Source: Pirellulales bacterium
Lineage (GTDB): Bacteria > Planctomycetota > Planctomycetia > Pirellulales > PALSA-1355
DNA: 64,000 nucleotides
Reading direction: 5' to 3'
Assembly: GCA_963733035.1 (NCBI GenBank)
Contig: CAVTBU010000008.1
Span: 64,001-128,000 of the forward strand
Made by a program: the position numbers and the translations under genes. Shown here in pieces: positions 24,852-37,298 of this stretch. The stretch's first letter is position 1. Each line of letters starts with the position of its first letter. The notes beneath the pieces are model-generated. The model worked only from the letters and a program-made list of their open reading frames with translations, was not told the origin of the DNA and made no database searches.

Positions 24852-27800
24852 AATCGCTCGTCCAGTGGGCCGTTCGCAACACGCCCGCCATGAACACGCT
24901 CATGATCGCGTTCATGGTCGTCGGCGCATTCAGTCTCTACAAAATGCGCCGCGAGGTATTTCCCGAGTTTGATCTCGAGATCATCTTGGTCACGGTGCCC
25001 TATCCCGGTGCCAGCCCGGACGAAGTGGAAGAGGGCATCTGCCAAAAGATCGAGGAGGCGGTTCGCTCCATCGAGGGCATCAAATACCAGACCTCGATTG
25101 CTCAGGAGGGCGCCGGACATGTCGTCCTGGAGCTTGAAGCCGACGTGAAGGACGTGCAAAAGATCCTCAACGAGGTCCGCTCCGAGGTCGACCGCATTCC
25201 CAGCTTTCCGGAACTTGCCGAGGAGCGGGAAGTCAAGCAAATCACGATGCGCGAGCCGGTCATTCAGGTCGGCATCATCGGCCCGGACAGAAAGGACATG
25301 GCCGCCGAACTCCATCTGCGCGATGTCGCCGAGCAAGTACGAGAGGATTTGTTGCAGCAGCCGGCTGTCTCGCAAGCCACGATCATTGGAGCCCGCGAAT
25401 ACCAAATCGACGTTGAAATACCGGAAGAAACGCTGCGCAAGTACGGGCTGTCACTGACGCGAGTGGCCGACATTATCCGCCGCGAGAACGTTGAAATCCC
25501 AGGCGGTACGATGCGCACCGATGCGCAAGAAGTGTTACTGCGCGGCAAGAACAAACGCAGCATCGGCGAGGAACTGCTTGAAATCCCACTCGTGACCGCG
25601 CCGGGCGGCGTCGTGCTCCGTGTGGGTGATCTCGGAACCGTTCGCGATGAGTTCGACGATACGATCACCTCGATTAGTCGCATTAACGGACAACCCGGAC
25701 TTGTCATCTCCGTCGAGCGCACGACGAGCGAAGACCTGCTGGCCATGGTCGACGATGTAAGGCGCTACGTATCCGCGAAGACGCTGCCCCCGGGCTACAA
25801 ATTGGCGGTGTGGGGCGACCAGTCGATCGAAGTCTCCGACCGCCTGAATATGCTGGCTAAAAACGGCATTCAGGGACTGATCCTCGTGTTCGTGCTGCTA
25901 GCGATTTTTCTCGACTTGCGATTGGCATTCTGGGTTGCTTTGGGCATTCCCGTAGCCATTCTTGGCACGTGCGCCGTTTTATATTTTGGCGGTCATACGC
26001 TAAACATGCTCACCAGTTTTGCGTTCCTGATGGTCCTTGGCATTCTGGTAGACGACGCGATCGTGGTCGGCGAAAATATCTACGCTCACCGGCAGCGCGG
26101 CAAGGGATTCTTGCAGGCGGCCGTTGAAGGCGCAGAGGAAGTGCTGCCCAGCGTTGCCGCATCGGTGGTTACCACCGTCATCGCCTTTATGCCGCTGCTG
26201 TATGTGGCCGGCGTGATGGGCAAGTTTCTGGGCGTGATGCCCGTGGCGGTGATCGCGGCACTGCTGATTTCGCTCACCGAGGCGACTTTCGTGCTGCCAT
26301 GCCACTTGAGTCATGCCCCTCCGGCCGAGGACTTTCTTACACGTTGTCGCCGCTGGCGACGCACGATGTCGGCTCCCTTGCAATTGACGTTGGGCAATGC
26401 CCTGGTGCTGTTTGCCTTTGTCATGACCCAGTTTTTTTATCCGCTGCGGCGGCTTGGCGACTTGTTTCACTGGCTGAACGTGAGGTCGTCTCGAGTGCTC
26501 GACGGGTTCATCAATCGGATCTATCGTCCTTCGTTGCGGTGGGCGATCGACCATAGCGCCATCACACTTTCCGCCTGCTTTGCACTGTTGTGCTTATCGT
26601 TGGGACTCGTCGCTTCCGGGCATCCACCCTTTAACGTCTTTCCCCGCCTTGACAGCAAGCAGATTACTTCCAGCATCGTCTATCCTGACGGCACACCCGC
26701 CACGGTCACCGACGCCGCGACGGCCCAGATCGAAAAGGCGATCCTCGAGCTCGGTGAAAAGTACAAGGCCCACGACGGTTCGTCCGTCGTTCGCTACGTG
26801 CACAAGAAGGTTGGAGAAGTGACCACGATGGGTTCGCGGCCCCGACACGCGCACCAACGGCAGCCATGTCGGCGGCGTCGATGTCGAACTGGCCGATAGC
26901 AGAGAACGAGACGTGCGGAGCGATACCATCATCGCCGAGTGGCGAAAGCTCGCGGGCGATTTCCCAGGAGCCGAAAGCGTTACCTATGGTACACCCAACT
27001 TTGGGCCCGGTGGTCGCCCCATTGAGTTCAAGCTGTTGGCCGACGCGGAAGACATGACAAAATTGGAAGCCGCGATCGAGGAAACCAAGGCCAAGTTGGC
27101 CGAATACGGCGGTGTGTTTGATATCTCCGATGACTCACGTCCCGGAAAGTGGGAGTTTCAGCTCCGTGTTAAGCCCAGCGCCATGTCGATGGGGGTTCCT
27201 CTGGCTGATTTGGCCGAAACGGTTCGCGCTTCCTATTACGGCGAAGAAGTCATGCGATTGCAGCGCGGTCGACATGAAGTCAAGCTGATGGTTCGCTATC
27301 CGCGGGAAGACCGTCGCTCCTTGGCCGATTTCGAGGAAATCCGGGTCCGCACTTTCGACGGCGCCGAGCGGCCCATTACCGAGTTGACCGACGTGAACGT
27401 GGCCCGCGGATTCTCGGAAATCAACCGCATCGAGCAGCGACGCTCGATCACCATTACTGCCGACGTCGACGAAACCACCGGCAACGCGTACAGCATCGTC
27501 AGCGACCTGCGCTCCAGCTTCATGCCAGACTTGCTCAAACGCTATCCGGGAGTGGGCGTTTTGTGGCAGGGCCAACAGGAGCGCACCACCGAGTCCATTG
27601 ACAGTTTGCTGATTGGGCTGCTCATCGCGCTGATCGCGATGTTCGTGCTCCTCACGGTCGAATTCCGGTCGTATCTGCAGCCGCTGATGATCATGGCGAT
27701 CATTCCGTTCGGCATCATCGGCGCCATCTGGGGACATTTCCTGCAGGGCATGGAAATGACGATGTTCAGCTTGTTTGGCCTTGTGGCCCTGACAGGCGTC

Positions 27801-28274
27801 GTCGTGAATGACTCGATCGTGCTGATCGATTTCATCAATCATCGCGTTCGTGACGGGCTGGCGATCAAAGACGCGCTGGTCGACGCCGGCGCTCAGCGCT
27901 TCCGGCCCGTCATGTTGACCAGCGTCACGACGGTCGCCGGACTATTGCCAATTCTGCTCGAACGGTCGTTCCAGGCTCAGATTGTGATTCCGATGGCAAC
28001 CAGCCTTTGCTTTGGCTTGATCATGGCGACCGGCTTGGTGCTGTTCTTGATTCCGGCGCTATACTACATCTATGCTCTGATGAGTGGGGGTGGGGCGCAC
28101 GCGCCCAAGAACGACGAGCACCCGGCCCCCCAAGGCGGTCCGACCGAAGCTTGGACGGCCGACGATCCTGAGCTTTCGCACGGCGACCATGAGCGCCCAC
28201 TGGCTGAAAGTGAGTTGTTGGGTCCGCACCGGCGGCCGCGGGCCGACCATGTTGGGTCCGTTTCTCACGACTGA
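24848..28274 (+). CDS. RND efflux permease, AcrB family (frameshift near 26837)
   Basis: GILVDDAIVVGENI, GVVVNDSIVL, RFRPVMLTS; two ORFs join at TTMGS/GPDTRTNG. Confidence 0.92.
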
Positions 28275-28307
28275 ACGCCTGCCTCGTACGCCCTGGGTCG
28301 GAGTCGC

Positions 28308-28915
28308 ATGGATGACTCACAACTAGTTGACCGCATCAAGACGCACGATGTTTCGGCACTCGCCGAATATCTGCGCTCGGTTCGCAAGCCGCTGTTCGCG
28401 TACATCGAACGACATCTCGGCGCCGGCTTGCGGCGCAAGATTGAATCGGAGGACGTCTTTCAAGAGGTGAGTGTCGAGGCCGTGCGGGCGCTGCCCGAGA
28501 CTGACTTCAATCATCGCGAGCCGTTTTCCTGGTTGTGTCAGATTGCCGAGCACCGCATTGTCGATGCGCACCGCCGTTTCTACGGTGCTCAAAAACGGGA
28601 TGCCGGCCGCGAAGTTGCGCTAGCGCACCCGGCGGCGACGGCCGGCACGCGGCCATCGTCGACCTGCTCGTGGCCTCGATGACGACTCCCACGCAGGCAC
28701 TCTCGCGGAAAGGGCGAGAATCTCGGCTGTTTGAAGCCCTGGCCAGCTTGCCCAGCGAGCAACGCGATGCATTGCGGCTGAGGTATATCGAGGGGCTGCC
28801 CAGCAAGGAAATTGCCGCACGTCTTGGAAAGAGTGACGGTGCGGTCCGCGTCATGTTGACCCGCAGCCTCGATCGCCTGCAGAAAGTCCTGGGTCCTGAG
28901 AATGCCCCCCGATGA
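28308..28915 (+). CDS. ECF sigma-70 factor (frameshift near 28623)
   Basis: EDVFQEV..WLCQIA in the first frame; QRDALRLRYIEGLPSKEIAARLGKSDGAVR in the -1 frame. Confidence 0.88.
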
Positions 28916-29078
28916 TCGGCGCAAGTAGTCTCCTGCCAACCGCTTCTGATGACGCAGCAGCTGCCGCGACGATTTTTTTGCAGCCCTGTAACATTTCGGC
29001 CGCGCGCACGCTTGGCTGAGGTAGAGGGGACGAAAGCTCTCCGAAACAGACCTCAGACACTGAAAGCGAGCGTGCATC

Positions 29079-30209
29079 ATGACTCGAGTTTTCAACAAGT
29101 TCGGTCGTATCGCGGCGGTGGCAATCCTGACGGGAGTCATGGTTCCCAACGCAAGCCTGGCGGGTAACCACGGAGGTCATCACAGCTCTGGCAACGCCAT
29201 GAAGTCCGGCGGAAACCAGTTCCACGCCACACAGTTCAAGTCCATCGGCAATGCCAAGTCCAATAGCAACAACTTTCGGCGGCTGAACACGAGTTCCCTC
29301 CAGTCGGCGAACAATTGGACGAATTCCGTCAAGCTTGAGACGGGCAAATTCAACTCAAACGTTCTCAAGACCAGCAACCTCAGCAAAAACCTGGGAACCG
29401 GAAAGCTCGGTCAGTTCAAGCAGTTGTCCAGCGATGTCATTAAGCTGAAGGACCGCGGCAAGATCAATTTCCCCGGCGGACCACTCGTCACCGGCGGTTC
29501 TGGCAAGTTCAAGTTTCCGGGTGGTCCAATTGTTGGGCCATTCAACCCCGGCAACGTTGGACCGCTGCCGGGCGGCAAGCCAATCGATCCGGGCCAGGGC
29601 AATGGCAACCCCGGTGGCGGCAACGACGGCGGCACGGGAAACGGCCACAACCACTGTCACCACAATTGCCCGTGGCCCGTGTTCTGGCCGCTCTACGGCG
29701 GCGGCAACTATTGGAATAGCCCCTACTACGGTCCCTCCTACGCGACCCCCACGGCAATCGTGAATGATGTCGTGCCGGTCTCGACGCAAACACCCGCCCA
29801 GGTCGACGTAAGTGTCGCAAGTAAACCTGATTTGGTACTCGAAGACGTGCAGTATGTCGAACCGGCTACGCTATTGGTAGGTCCGGCCTACCGCGTGAAG
29901 TTTCGCAACCAGGGAATGGTCGCTGCCGGTAAGTTCCGCTTGGCTCTGATCGCCTCTATCGACGGTCAAGCCTATGAACAATCGCCGCAAACGATGGTGG
30001 AAGTCGCGGGCTTGGCCAGTGGTGAGTCAGGCGAGGTAACCGTTCGACTTCCACATACCGCAATGCAACTGGCCAATTCGACCGGACAGTCGACCGCCTT
30101 CACGGACCTGCTCGTGGCCGCCGACATCGACAATCTGGTCATCGAATCAGACAAGACCAACAATGTGGCGATCATTTCCCGCTCACAACTGGAAGTCCCC
30201 TCGAAGTAG
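29079..30209 (+). CDS. Secreted protein with low-complexity region and C-terminal CARDB domain
   Basis: Signal peptide; PDLVLEDV...NQG...ESDKTNNVA. Confidence 0.78.
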   Translation: MTRVFNKFGRIAAVAILTGVMVPNASLAGNHGGHHSSGNAMKSGGNQFHATQFKSIGNAKSNSNNFRRLNTSSLQSANNWTNSVKLETGKFNSNVLKTSNLSKNLGTGKLGQFKQLSSDVIKLKDRGKINFPGGPLVTGGSGKFKFPGGPIVGPFNPGNVGPLPGGKPIDPGQGNGNPGGGNDGGTGNGHNHCHHNCPWPVFWPLYGGGNYWNSPYYGPSYATPTAIVNDVVPVSTQTPAQVDVSVASKPDLVLEDVQYVEPATLLVGPAYRVKFRNQGMVAAGKFRLALIASIDGQAYEQSPQTMVEVAGLASGESGEVTVRLPHTAMQLANSTGQSTAFTDLLVAADIDNLVIESDKTNNVAIISRSQLEVPSK

Positions 30210-30239
30210 GCCCGTGGTCAACGGAACGTCCCTGTCGAC

Positions 30240-30288
30240 CGTGGCGTGCGGTGGCCTCCCCGAAAGGCTGCCGGGCGCCGCGGTTTTT
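30240..30288 (+). terminator. Putative intrinsic terminator
   Basis: GC-rich imperfect stem followed by TTTTT. Confidence 0.5.
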
Positions 30289-30461
30289 CGCTGCGCGCTC
30301 GCGCGCGAAAACGGTCACCGGCGTTTCCGCTTGCAAGCCAAATGGCGGGCCGGCGTCACGGCCAGACCCTTATCGCTGCCGTCCGTGGTAGTGGTATACT
30401 TACACGGTTGCGTTCGACGGACGAGCGCCTTCTCGCTGCCTCTACCCGCATTCAACGATCG

Positions 30462-32740
30462 ATGTCGCACGCCGCCGATACGTTGACGCACATCGACCCG
30501 TCCCTGGTTTGGGACCAGTTGTCCGAGCACATCGATCAGTTCATTGAGGTTTGGGAGGACGCCCCGAAGCCTCCCGTGCTCTTGGATTTCGTCCCGGCCG
30601 GACCGCCGATTCTACGCCGTTTGACGCTCGTCGAGCTGATCAAGGTCGACCTTGAGCACCGCTGGCACGGCCGGCGGTGGCCGAAGCTGATCGAACAGTA
30701 TCTGAGCGACTTTCCCGAGCTCGCGGCCGACGGCGGCATTCCCTGCGACCTCGTGTACGAAGAATTTCACGTGCGCCGACAGCAGGGAGACGACGTCACG
30801 CTGGAGGAGTTTTGCGACCGCTTTCCAACGCGGGCAGGTGAGTTACGAAGGCTATTGAGCATCGATGCACCGACCCAGTCGACGTTGCTCGTCGAGGCGC
30901 GCAAAATACCATCGTTTGAGCCGGGTCAGCTGTTGGACGACTTTGAACTCTTGGCGCCCTTGGGGAAAGGGGCCTTCGCAACGGTGTTCCGCGCCCGGCA
31001 AAAGTCAATGCAGCGCATCGTCGCATTGAAGATTTGCGCGATCGCAGCTTCGAACCGCAGACACTTGCTCAGCTCGAACACCCAAATATCGTCCACGTGT
31101 TCGATCAGCGGCAACTGGTCGACTCGCGGCTGCGACTGCTCTACATGCAATACGTTCCGGGAGGTACGTTGCACGGCGTGCTTGAGCACATCCGGGCCCG
31201 GCCCACCGAACGCTTATCCGGAGCGTCGCTGCTGGCCGCCGTCGACCAGGCGCTGCTCGAAAACGGTGAAGAACCACCGGCCGACTCGCTCACGCGCTAC
31301 AAACTGTTGACGGCCAGTTGGCCGGAAGTTGTTTGCTGGATCGGTGTCCGGATGGCAGGCGCACTGGCCCACGCTCACGCCCAAGGCATACTGCACCGCG
31401 ATATCAAACCGGCCAACGTTCTGGTCGGTGCCGATGGACAGCCACGGCTGGCCGACTTCAATATCAGTTGCTCGAAACTCGACGGCGTCACGCCCGCCGC
31501 CTACTTTGGCGGAACGCTGGCATACATGTCGCCCGAGCAGCTCGAAGCCTATAACCCGGCCCACGAAAGAACTCCCGACGAAATCGACGGACGAGCAGAC
31601 GTCTACGCGCTTGGGCTAATGCTTTGGGAGCTACTTACGCGGGTGCGTCCCTTTGCTGGCTTAGCAATGCCTGCCGATTGGTCGCTTGCCCTGCCGGCCA
31701 TGACGGCTTTCCGCCGCGAGGGCCTACCGGCCGAAGACCGCGCGCTCCTGCCACCTGACTGTCCGCCGGCCGTCGCCGAAGTGCTAACAAAATGCCTAGA
31801 ACCAAATCCCAATGATCGCTACCAATCAGCCGGCGACCTGGCCCGCGAACTTGATCTCTGCCTGCAACCGTGCGCCCGATCGCTGTTGCGGGCCCGTGGT
31901 CGTTGGCAGTCGATGTTGCGGCGTCATCCGGTAGCGACGACGCTCACTCTGGGCCTCCAGCCAAACATCGTCCTTAGTGGGCTGAACATCGTCTACAATT
32001 TCAGTCAAATCGTCGACCAGCTAAGCCCCGAGGCACAGCACCTTTTCTTCGGTTCGCAGATATTGGCAGTCAACTCCATCGCATACACGATCGGTCTAGG
32101 ATACATCGTGGCGACGCGTTGGCGGCTCTTTGGAACCTTGATGCGATTGGCTCGGGCCGATAGCGTTGAACCACCGCCGTCGGTAGATCTGGTGCGACGC
32201 TGTCTGCGTTTAGGTGCGGCCACGGCCTTGGTATCGGCGGCGCTGTGGGCCGTTTCCGGCTTTGTGTTTCCCACCTGGATGCGCTTCGGGGCAGGGGGGC
32301 CTGGCCAGATCTCCGCCGCGAACTATGTCCACTTCATTGTGTCCAACATGCTGTGCGGTCTGATCGCGGCAACACAGAGCTACTACGTCGTCACATTTCT
32401 CTCGGTGCGGGTTTGTTATCCCTGGCTCTTGCAGGCGCGACCGCCTGATGCCCGAGAACTGCCAGAACTCGCCAACCTGGCAAGAGTCGGACGCATCGTG
32501 CTGGGACTTACCGTGGCGGTTCCATTTCTCGCCCTAGCGGCTTTGTTGCTGAAGGATGTCGACCGTAGCGTGATCGGCGCGATTGCGGCGACGGGCTTTT
32601 TCGGTTGTGCGCTCGCCTACTGGCTCGATTTGGCCATTCGCGGCGACGTGAGCGCGTTGGCTACGGCCATCAACCCTTCCGGTGACGCCCTGCTGGCCGG
32701 CGATTCCGTGGAATCGCTGTTGAACGGGTCGCGCCGGTAG
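30462..32740 (+). CDS. Membrane Ser/Thr protein kinase (frameshift near 31036)
   Basis: LGKGAFATV, VALK, HPNIV, HRDIKPAN, ADFN, YMSPEQ; C-terminal TM helices. Confidence 0.9.
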
Positions 32741-33007
32741 AAGGGCGATGTCGCCCCTGGATTCTTGGCCTCGCCAGTGCCCGTGGTTCGCTGTGAGCGC
32801 ACAAACTAAATGGCCCGCGTCGCAACTCATTAGTACAACCATTTTTACGCTCCGCGCATTGCGACCTAGACTTGCAGAGAGTATCGCGGCCCACCCAAGT
32901 GTGGGCCGATCGCGGGTCGACGGCTTGCATGCGAGCCCATCGCCCGAGTTTCGTACACCGGCATTCACACTGCATACAGTTTTCTGATTTCTGAAAGGGC
33001 TCACGCC

Positions 33008-33607
33008 ATGAACGCCACGACCCCGTCGCCGCTTGGAACGCTTCGTCACGAACTCGAACACATGGGCCAACATTGGTGGTGGTTCCTTCTGCTGGGTGCG
33101 CTACTGGCCATCTGTGGCACGCTGGCAATCGTGTTTCCGCCGGTGATGGTGGGCACATCGATCGCCGTGCCGGTCGTGCTGGGAGTTCTGCTAATGATCG
33201 GCGGCATCGCGACAATCATCAGTTCCTTCTGGGCCGGTAAGTGGAGTGGATTCTTGCTGCAACTCCTGGTCGGCATCCTCTACCTGGCATGCGGGTTCGT
33301 GTTCACCGAAAATCCGTTTGAGTCGGCGCTCGCGCTAACGCTGTTTATTGCCATCGCGTTCATCGTGATGGGCATCTTCCGCACCACGGCGGCGTTGGTC
33401 ATTCAGTTTCCGCAATGGGGCTGGGCCCTGCTCAACGGTGTCATCACTTTCCTGGCCGGCGTCGTCATCTATCGCACTTTGCCCGAGGGGGCGCTATGGG
33501 TGATTGGATTGCTGATTGGCCTGGAAATGCTGTTCAACGGCTGGATGTGGATCATGCTCTCGTTGGCGCTGCGAAACTTGCACAAGCACGCCACCGCGTC
33601 GGCGTGA
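33008..33607 (+). CDS. HdeD/DUF308-family membrane protein
   Basis: WWWFLLLG...GILYL...WGWALLNGVI...WVIGLLIGLEMLFNG. Confidence 0.85.
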   Translation: MNATTPSPLGTLRHELEHMGQHWWWFLLLGALLAICGTLAIVFPPVMVGTSIAVPVVLGVLLMIGGIATIISSFWAGKWSGFLLQLLVGILYLACGFVFTENPFESALALTLFIAIAFIVMGIFRTTAALVIQFPQWGWALLNGVITFLAGVVIYRTLPEGALWVIGLLIGLEMLFNGWMWIMLSLALRNLHKHATASA

Positions 33608-33651
33608 CTTTATGCTTTCCACGATCAATTCTCGTATCAAGGGTTCTCACG

Positions 33652-34593
33652 ATGCATTTGGTTAGTTTCTTCAAAGGCGCGGCATACCTGACCGCAACCG
33701 TCGCCATCCTGTCATCGGCCGCGGCCGTTCGCGCCAATGATTCGGTTGAGAAGGCGAATCCTGCTGCACAGAGCAACGAGGACGAAGCCGCCATTCGCGC
33801 ATCGGCAAAGGCCTACGAAAAGGCCTTCGCCGACGCCGACGCTAAAGCCCTGGCGGCAATGTTTGCCGAGGATGGCGAGCTGATCGACGTAACGGGACGC
33901 ACCTTCAAGGGACGCGACGAACTCGAACAGGACTTCGCCGCGATCTTTGCCGATCGGCCAGGGGCGAAGGTCGAGGTGCAAATCGACTCGATCAAGTTCC
34001 TCAGTCCCGATGTCGCCATCGAAACCGGCATTGCCAAGGGACAATCGAACTCGCGTCCGGCTGGCCCGCCGACAAAGTACACGGCCGTGCACGCGAAGCG
34101 CAACGGCAAGTGGCTGCTCACGAACGTGAACGAGTCTCACCCAGCGACCTCCAACGATTCCGAGCAACTCGCCGATCTGAGCTTTCTTATCGGTGAGTGG
34201 AAAGCCGACCTGGGCGCCGGCAAGGTCTACCAAATGCGTTGCGAATGGATGCCCGAAAAGAGTTTCCTGAAGCGGTCTTTCAACGTACAGGAAAACGGGA
34301 AGGAACTCAGTGCTGGCACGCAGATTATCGGCTACGACCCGCTGGCGGACCAGATCGTCTCCTGGACGTTTGACTCCAGTGGCGGATTCGGTCACGAAAT
34401 GTGGGACGATCAAGGTGGTCGCTGGCGGGTCACTGCCTCAAGCATTCTGCCCGACGGCAGCACCAGCCTGGCCACGAACTATCTGACCAAGGGGGACAAC
34501 AATTCGTTTACCTGGCAGAGCGTCGAGCGCAGCCTGAACGACCAGCTGTTACCCGACACGACCGTCGTGCGTGTCGAGCGGGTTTCCGAATAG
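33652..34593 (+). CDS. Secreted NTF2-like (SgcJ/EcaC, DUF4440) protein
   Basis: Signal peptide; DAKALAAMFAEDG...GRDEL...SPDVAIETG...YTAVH..GKW. Confidence 0.8.
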   Translation: MHLVSFFKGAAYLTATVAILSSAAAVRANDSVEKANPAAQSNEDEAAIRASAKAYEKAFADADAKALAAMFAEDGELIDVTGRTFKGRDELEQDFAAIFADRPGAKVEVQIDSIKFLSPDVAIETGIAKGQSNSRPAGPPTKYTAVHAKRNGKWLLTNVNESHPATSNDSEQLADLSFLIGEWKADLGAGKVYQMRCEWMPEKSFLKRSFNVQENGKELSAGTQIIGYDPLADQIVSWTFDSSGGFGHEMWDDQGGRWRVTASSILPDGSTSLATNYLTKGDNNSFTWQSVERSLNDQLLPDTTVVRVERVSE

Positions 34594-34659
34594 GGTACGG
34601 CGGCAGATTCTGTATTTCCAGCAAACATCATTTTCTCATGCGTGCGTAAGGAGTTTCTC

Positions 34660-35775
34660 ATGTTGAAGACGGCAACGACACTGGTCGCCGCCTTGGCTCT
34701 ACTGGTTGGTTCGACGCAGCCTTGTGCGGCCCGCGGCGGTGGCGGATTCCACGGCGGTGGCGGCGGTTTCCACGGCGGTGGGTTCGGTGGTGGTGGCTAT
34801 CGAGGCGGTGGATTTGGTGGCGCTGGCTTCGGGGGCTATCGTGGCGGCGGCTTCGGTGGTTACGGCGGCGGCATTGACGGCTTCCGGGGTGCGGGCGGAC
34901 CTCGCAACTTTGGTCCCGGACTCGATAGTTTCAACGGCTTACGCGGCGGCGGTTTCGACCGCGGCTCGTTCGCCGGCGACCGCAGCTTCGGGCAACACGC
35001 CAATTTGCCGAGCGACTTCGGCTTCGGCCACGCGGGTGCCCGTAATTATCTGCCGGCCGGCCATGCCACTCATGCCTGGTCGAACAACGCGATGCGCGAC
35101 CGAGGAAACACGGTTCGCAATAACTTCTGGAACCACAATTACTTCAACAATAACTGGTGGCATAACCATCCCGGCGCTTGGTTTGCCGCAGGCTGGGGCG
35201 TCGGTTCCGCTTGGGCCTGGTCCACCTGGCCCGCGCTGGGCGCCTGGTATGGTTGGGGTGGCGGTGTGGCACCGATTTACTACGACTATGGGACCAACGT
35301 CGTCTACGACGGTGACGAGGTCTACTACGGCGATCAACCCACTGCCTCGGCCGACGAGTACTACCAGCAGGCTCAGGCCATCGCCAACAACGCCCAGGAC
35401 ACGGACCCCAACCAGGGAGAGTGGACTCCGCTGGGTGTGTTCGGCCTGGTACAGGGAGAGCAATCCAGCGCCACCGCGTTGTTCCAACTGGCGACCAACA
35501 AGAGCGGTACGATCGCCGGCAACTTCTGCGACATGCTAAGCGGCAACACGCTGCAGGTCGAGGGATCGGTTGACGAGAAGACGCAACGAGCCGCCTGGAC
35601 CGTGGGCGACAACAAAGACACGGTCTACGAAGCGGGTATTGTCAACCTCACTCAGGACGAGGCGCCCGTGTTGGTGCACTTTGGCAAGGACCGGACGCAA
35701 CAATGGATGCTGGTACGGATGAAGCAGCCGGATCAAGCGCAGCAACAGCAAGCGCCCGCACCGCAACAGCAATAG
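34660..35775 (+). CDS. Secreted Gly-rich protein with aromatic-rich segment
   Basis: Signal peptide, GGF/RGG repeats, YYDYG..VYY, WTPLGVF domain. Confidence 0.8.
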   Translation: MLKTATTLVAALALLVGSTQPCAARGGGGFHGGGGGFHGGGFGGGGYRGGGFGGAGFGGYRGGGFGGYGGGIDGFRGAGGPRNFGPGLDSFNGLRGGGFDRGSFAGDRSFGQHANLPSDFGFGHAGARNYLPAGHATHAWSNNAMRDRGNTVRNNFWNHNYFNNNWWHNHPGAWFAAGWGVGSAWAWSTWPALGAWYGWGGGVAPIYYDYGTNVVYDGDEVYYGDQPTASADEYYQQAQAIANNAQDTDPNQGEWTPLGVFGLVQGEQSSATALFQLATNKSGTIAGNFCDMLSGNTLQVEGSVDEKTQRAAWTVGDNKDTVYEAGIVNLTQDEAPVLVHFGKDRTQQWMLVRMKQPDQAQQQQAPAPQQQ

Positions 35776-35798
35776 GCGGTGCGCTGTTGAGACCGGTC

Positions 35799-35842
35799 AA
35801 GAGGGTCGGGAGCCTAACGGCTGCCGACCCTCTTCGTTTTTG
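35799..35842. terminator. Terminator between convergent genes
   Basis: AAGAGGGTCGG...CCGACCCTCTT stem followed by CGTTTTT. Confidence 0.7.
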
Positions 35843-35874
35843 GTGGCCAATTCTAATTGCTATTCGCCACACGA

Positions 35875-36247
35875 CTAGGTCTTTTCCGGCGGTCGTTGTC
35901 CGCGTGCGAACTGCTTCAAGTCGTTGCGCGCCTTGTCCCACTGGCCGGCTCGCGCTGGCGATGACGCCCGTCAAGATCTCGAACGAATCGTCCGCCATCT
36001 TGCCGTCGACGTGCAACTGTTCGATGACTTTCGCACTGGTATCGATGAACTGAATGTCTTGGGCCGTGACCGCAGTCCACAGACCGTCGGCAGCCCCCAG
36101 GCACTCTTCACTACCCAGTTGCGGCGTGCTTCCGCAGCCCCACAGCAAAAGCGCGACGAGTGGAACCGCAACCACACAGAAACGGGGAACCCGCGGTCGC
36201 CACGTTCGCTCTGGAACCGATTTGCAACCTTCATTGCTCGCCATCAT
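35875..36247 (-). CDS. Small lipoprotein downstream of the DUF1559 gene (frameshift near 35951)
   Basis: LLLWGCG lipobox; ADGLWTAV; the alternative frame gives RAGQWDKARNDLKQFARGQR*. Confidence 0.65.
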
Positions 36248-37298
36248 AGGAAACCATTTCTTCCCCGTTGCGGGTCGATAGGGCGACAAACGTCAGGGGA
36301 TGAATTGCCTCGCTCATGAACTTAACCGAGCCGTCGCCGAACAAGATGTTGGCGCCCTCGGGGTGTTCGGCGTACATCTCGTCCGTATGGCCAAATGGAT
36401 TGTTCGGAGCGTGAATGATGACCTGGGGCCGATCGTGCGTGTCCGGTCCGCTGTGCGCTGCAACAAGCGCGCCGCCGCTATTGCAAGCCGAGGGAAACGG
36501 AAACTTTGGACAAGTCACTGAGTACGGCACCACCCCCACCCAAGTCTTGTTGCTCAGGACGGAGCTATGTTCACCAATAAAAATGGTGGTGGACAGTCCG
36601 TCCGTGATGTTTTTAGCCCGCAATTTGGCGTTGCGATAAAACGGGCCATCGATCGTGGCGATGTACGTCTGTCCTCCGGCACTTACGGTTTCAGGCTTCG
36701 TGAAATCCGTGAACTCGGTCACGCGTCCCCAGGGCTGGTGGATTCCCGCGTTCGTTACGTAGTGCGAATGCGCGAAGAAGATCTCGGGGTCATACGGCGT
36801 GTTCGAAAGCGAAGGGTCCCAGGCGTCGCCTTGTCCGCGGTCCACAACAAAGCCGTCGCTGCCACCAGAAGCGGACGGGCAGAGAAACACCTCGACGCGG
36901 GTTTTTGCCGCAGCGGCGTTCTCAGGCGCCCAACAGGCTAACTTCATGTTGAACTGCCAAGTCAGATTCGACTCCTCCAGAAACGGCAGAATCAATGTTC
37001 CCCAGGCAAAGCCGGACGGGCCATTGGCGTTTCCATCCGGAAAACCAACGCCGGCAATGGTGCCGGTGGCATAGGGACTACCGATGTAGGCGGGCGGATA
37101 TACACCTTGCACGTCGTGGTAGGTTTGGATTGCCAGTCCAAGCTGATGCAGGTTGCTCGAACATTGCGTGCGCCGTGCTGCTTCACGCGCCGCTTGTATC
37201 GCCGGCAAGAGCAAAGCGACCAGAATACCCATAATCGCAATGACGATCAGCAGCTCGACGAGGCTGAAACCCGCTATTCGGTTGGCGGTCGCCGGCAT
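36231..37298 (-). CDS. DUF1559 prepilin-type N-terminal cleavage protein
   Basis: GFSLVELLIVIAIMGILVALLLPAIQAAREAARR; ITDGLSTT; HPEGANILFGDGSV. Confidence 0.95.
   Translation of the reverse strand: MPATANRIAGFSLVELLIVIAIMGILVALLLPAIQAAREAARRTQCSSNLHQLGLAIQTYHDVQGVYPPAYIGSPYATGTIAGVGFPDGNANGPSGFAWGTLILPFLEESNLTWQFNMKLACWAPENAAAAKTRVEVFLCPSASGGSDGFVVDRGQGDAWDPSLSNTPYDPEIFFAHSHYVTNAGIHQPWGRVTEFTDFTKPETVSAGGQTYIATIDGPFYRNAKLRAKNITDGLSTTIFIGEHSSVLSNKTWVGVVPYSVTCPKFPFPSACNSGGALVAAHSGPDTHDRPQVIIHAPNNPFGHTDEMYAEHPEGANILFGDGSVKFMSEAIHPLTFVALSTRNGEEMVSYDGEQ

Noticed and set aside
34730..34960. GGCGGC-rich tandem repeats as a DNA repeat element
   Set aside because: They encode the Gly-rich tract of a secreted protein
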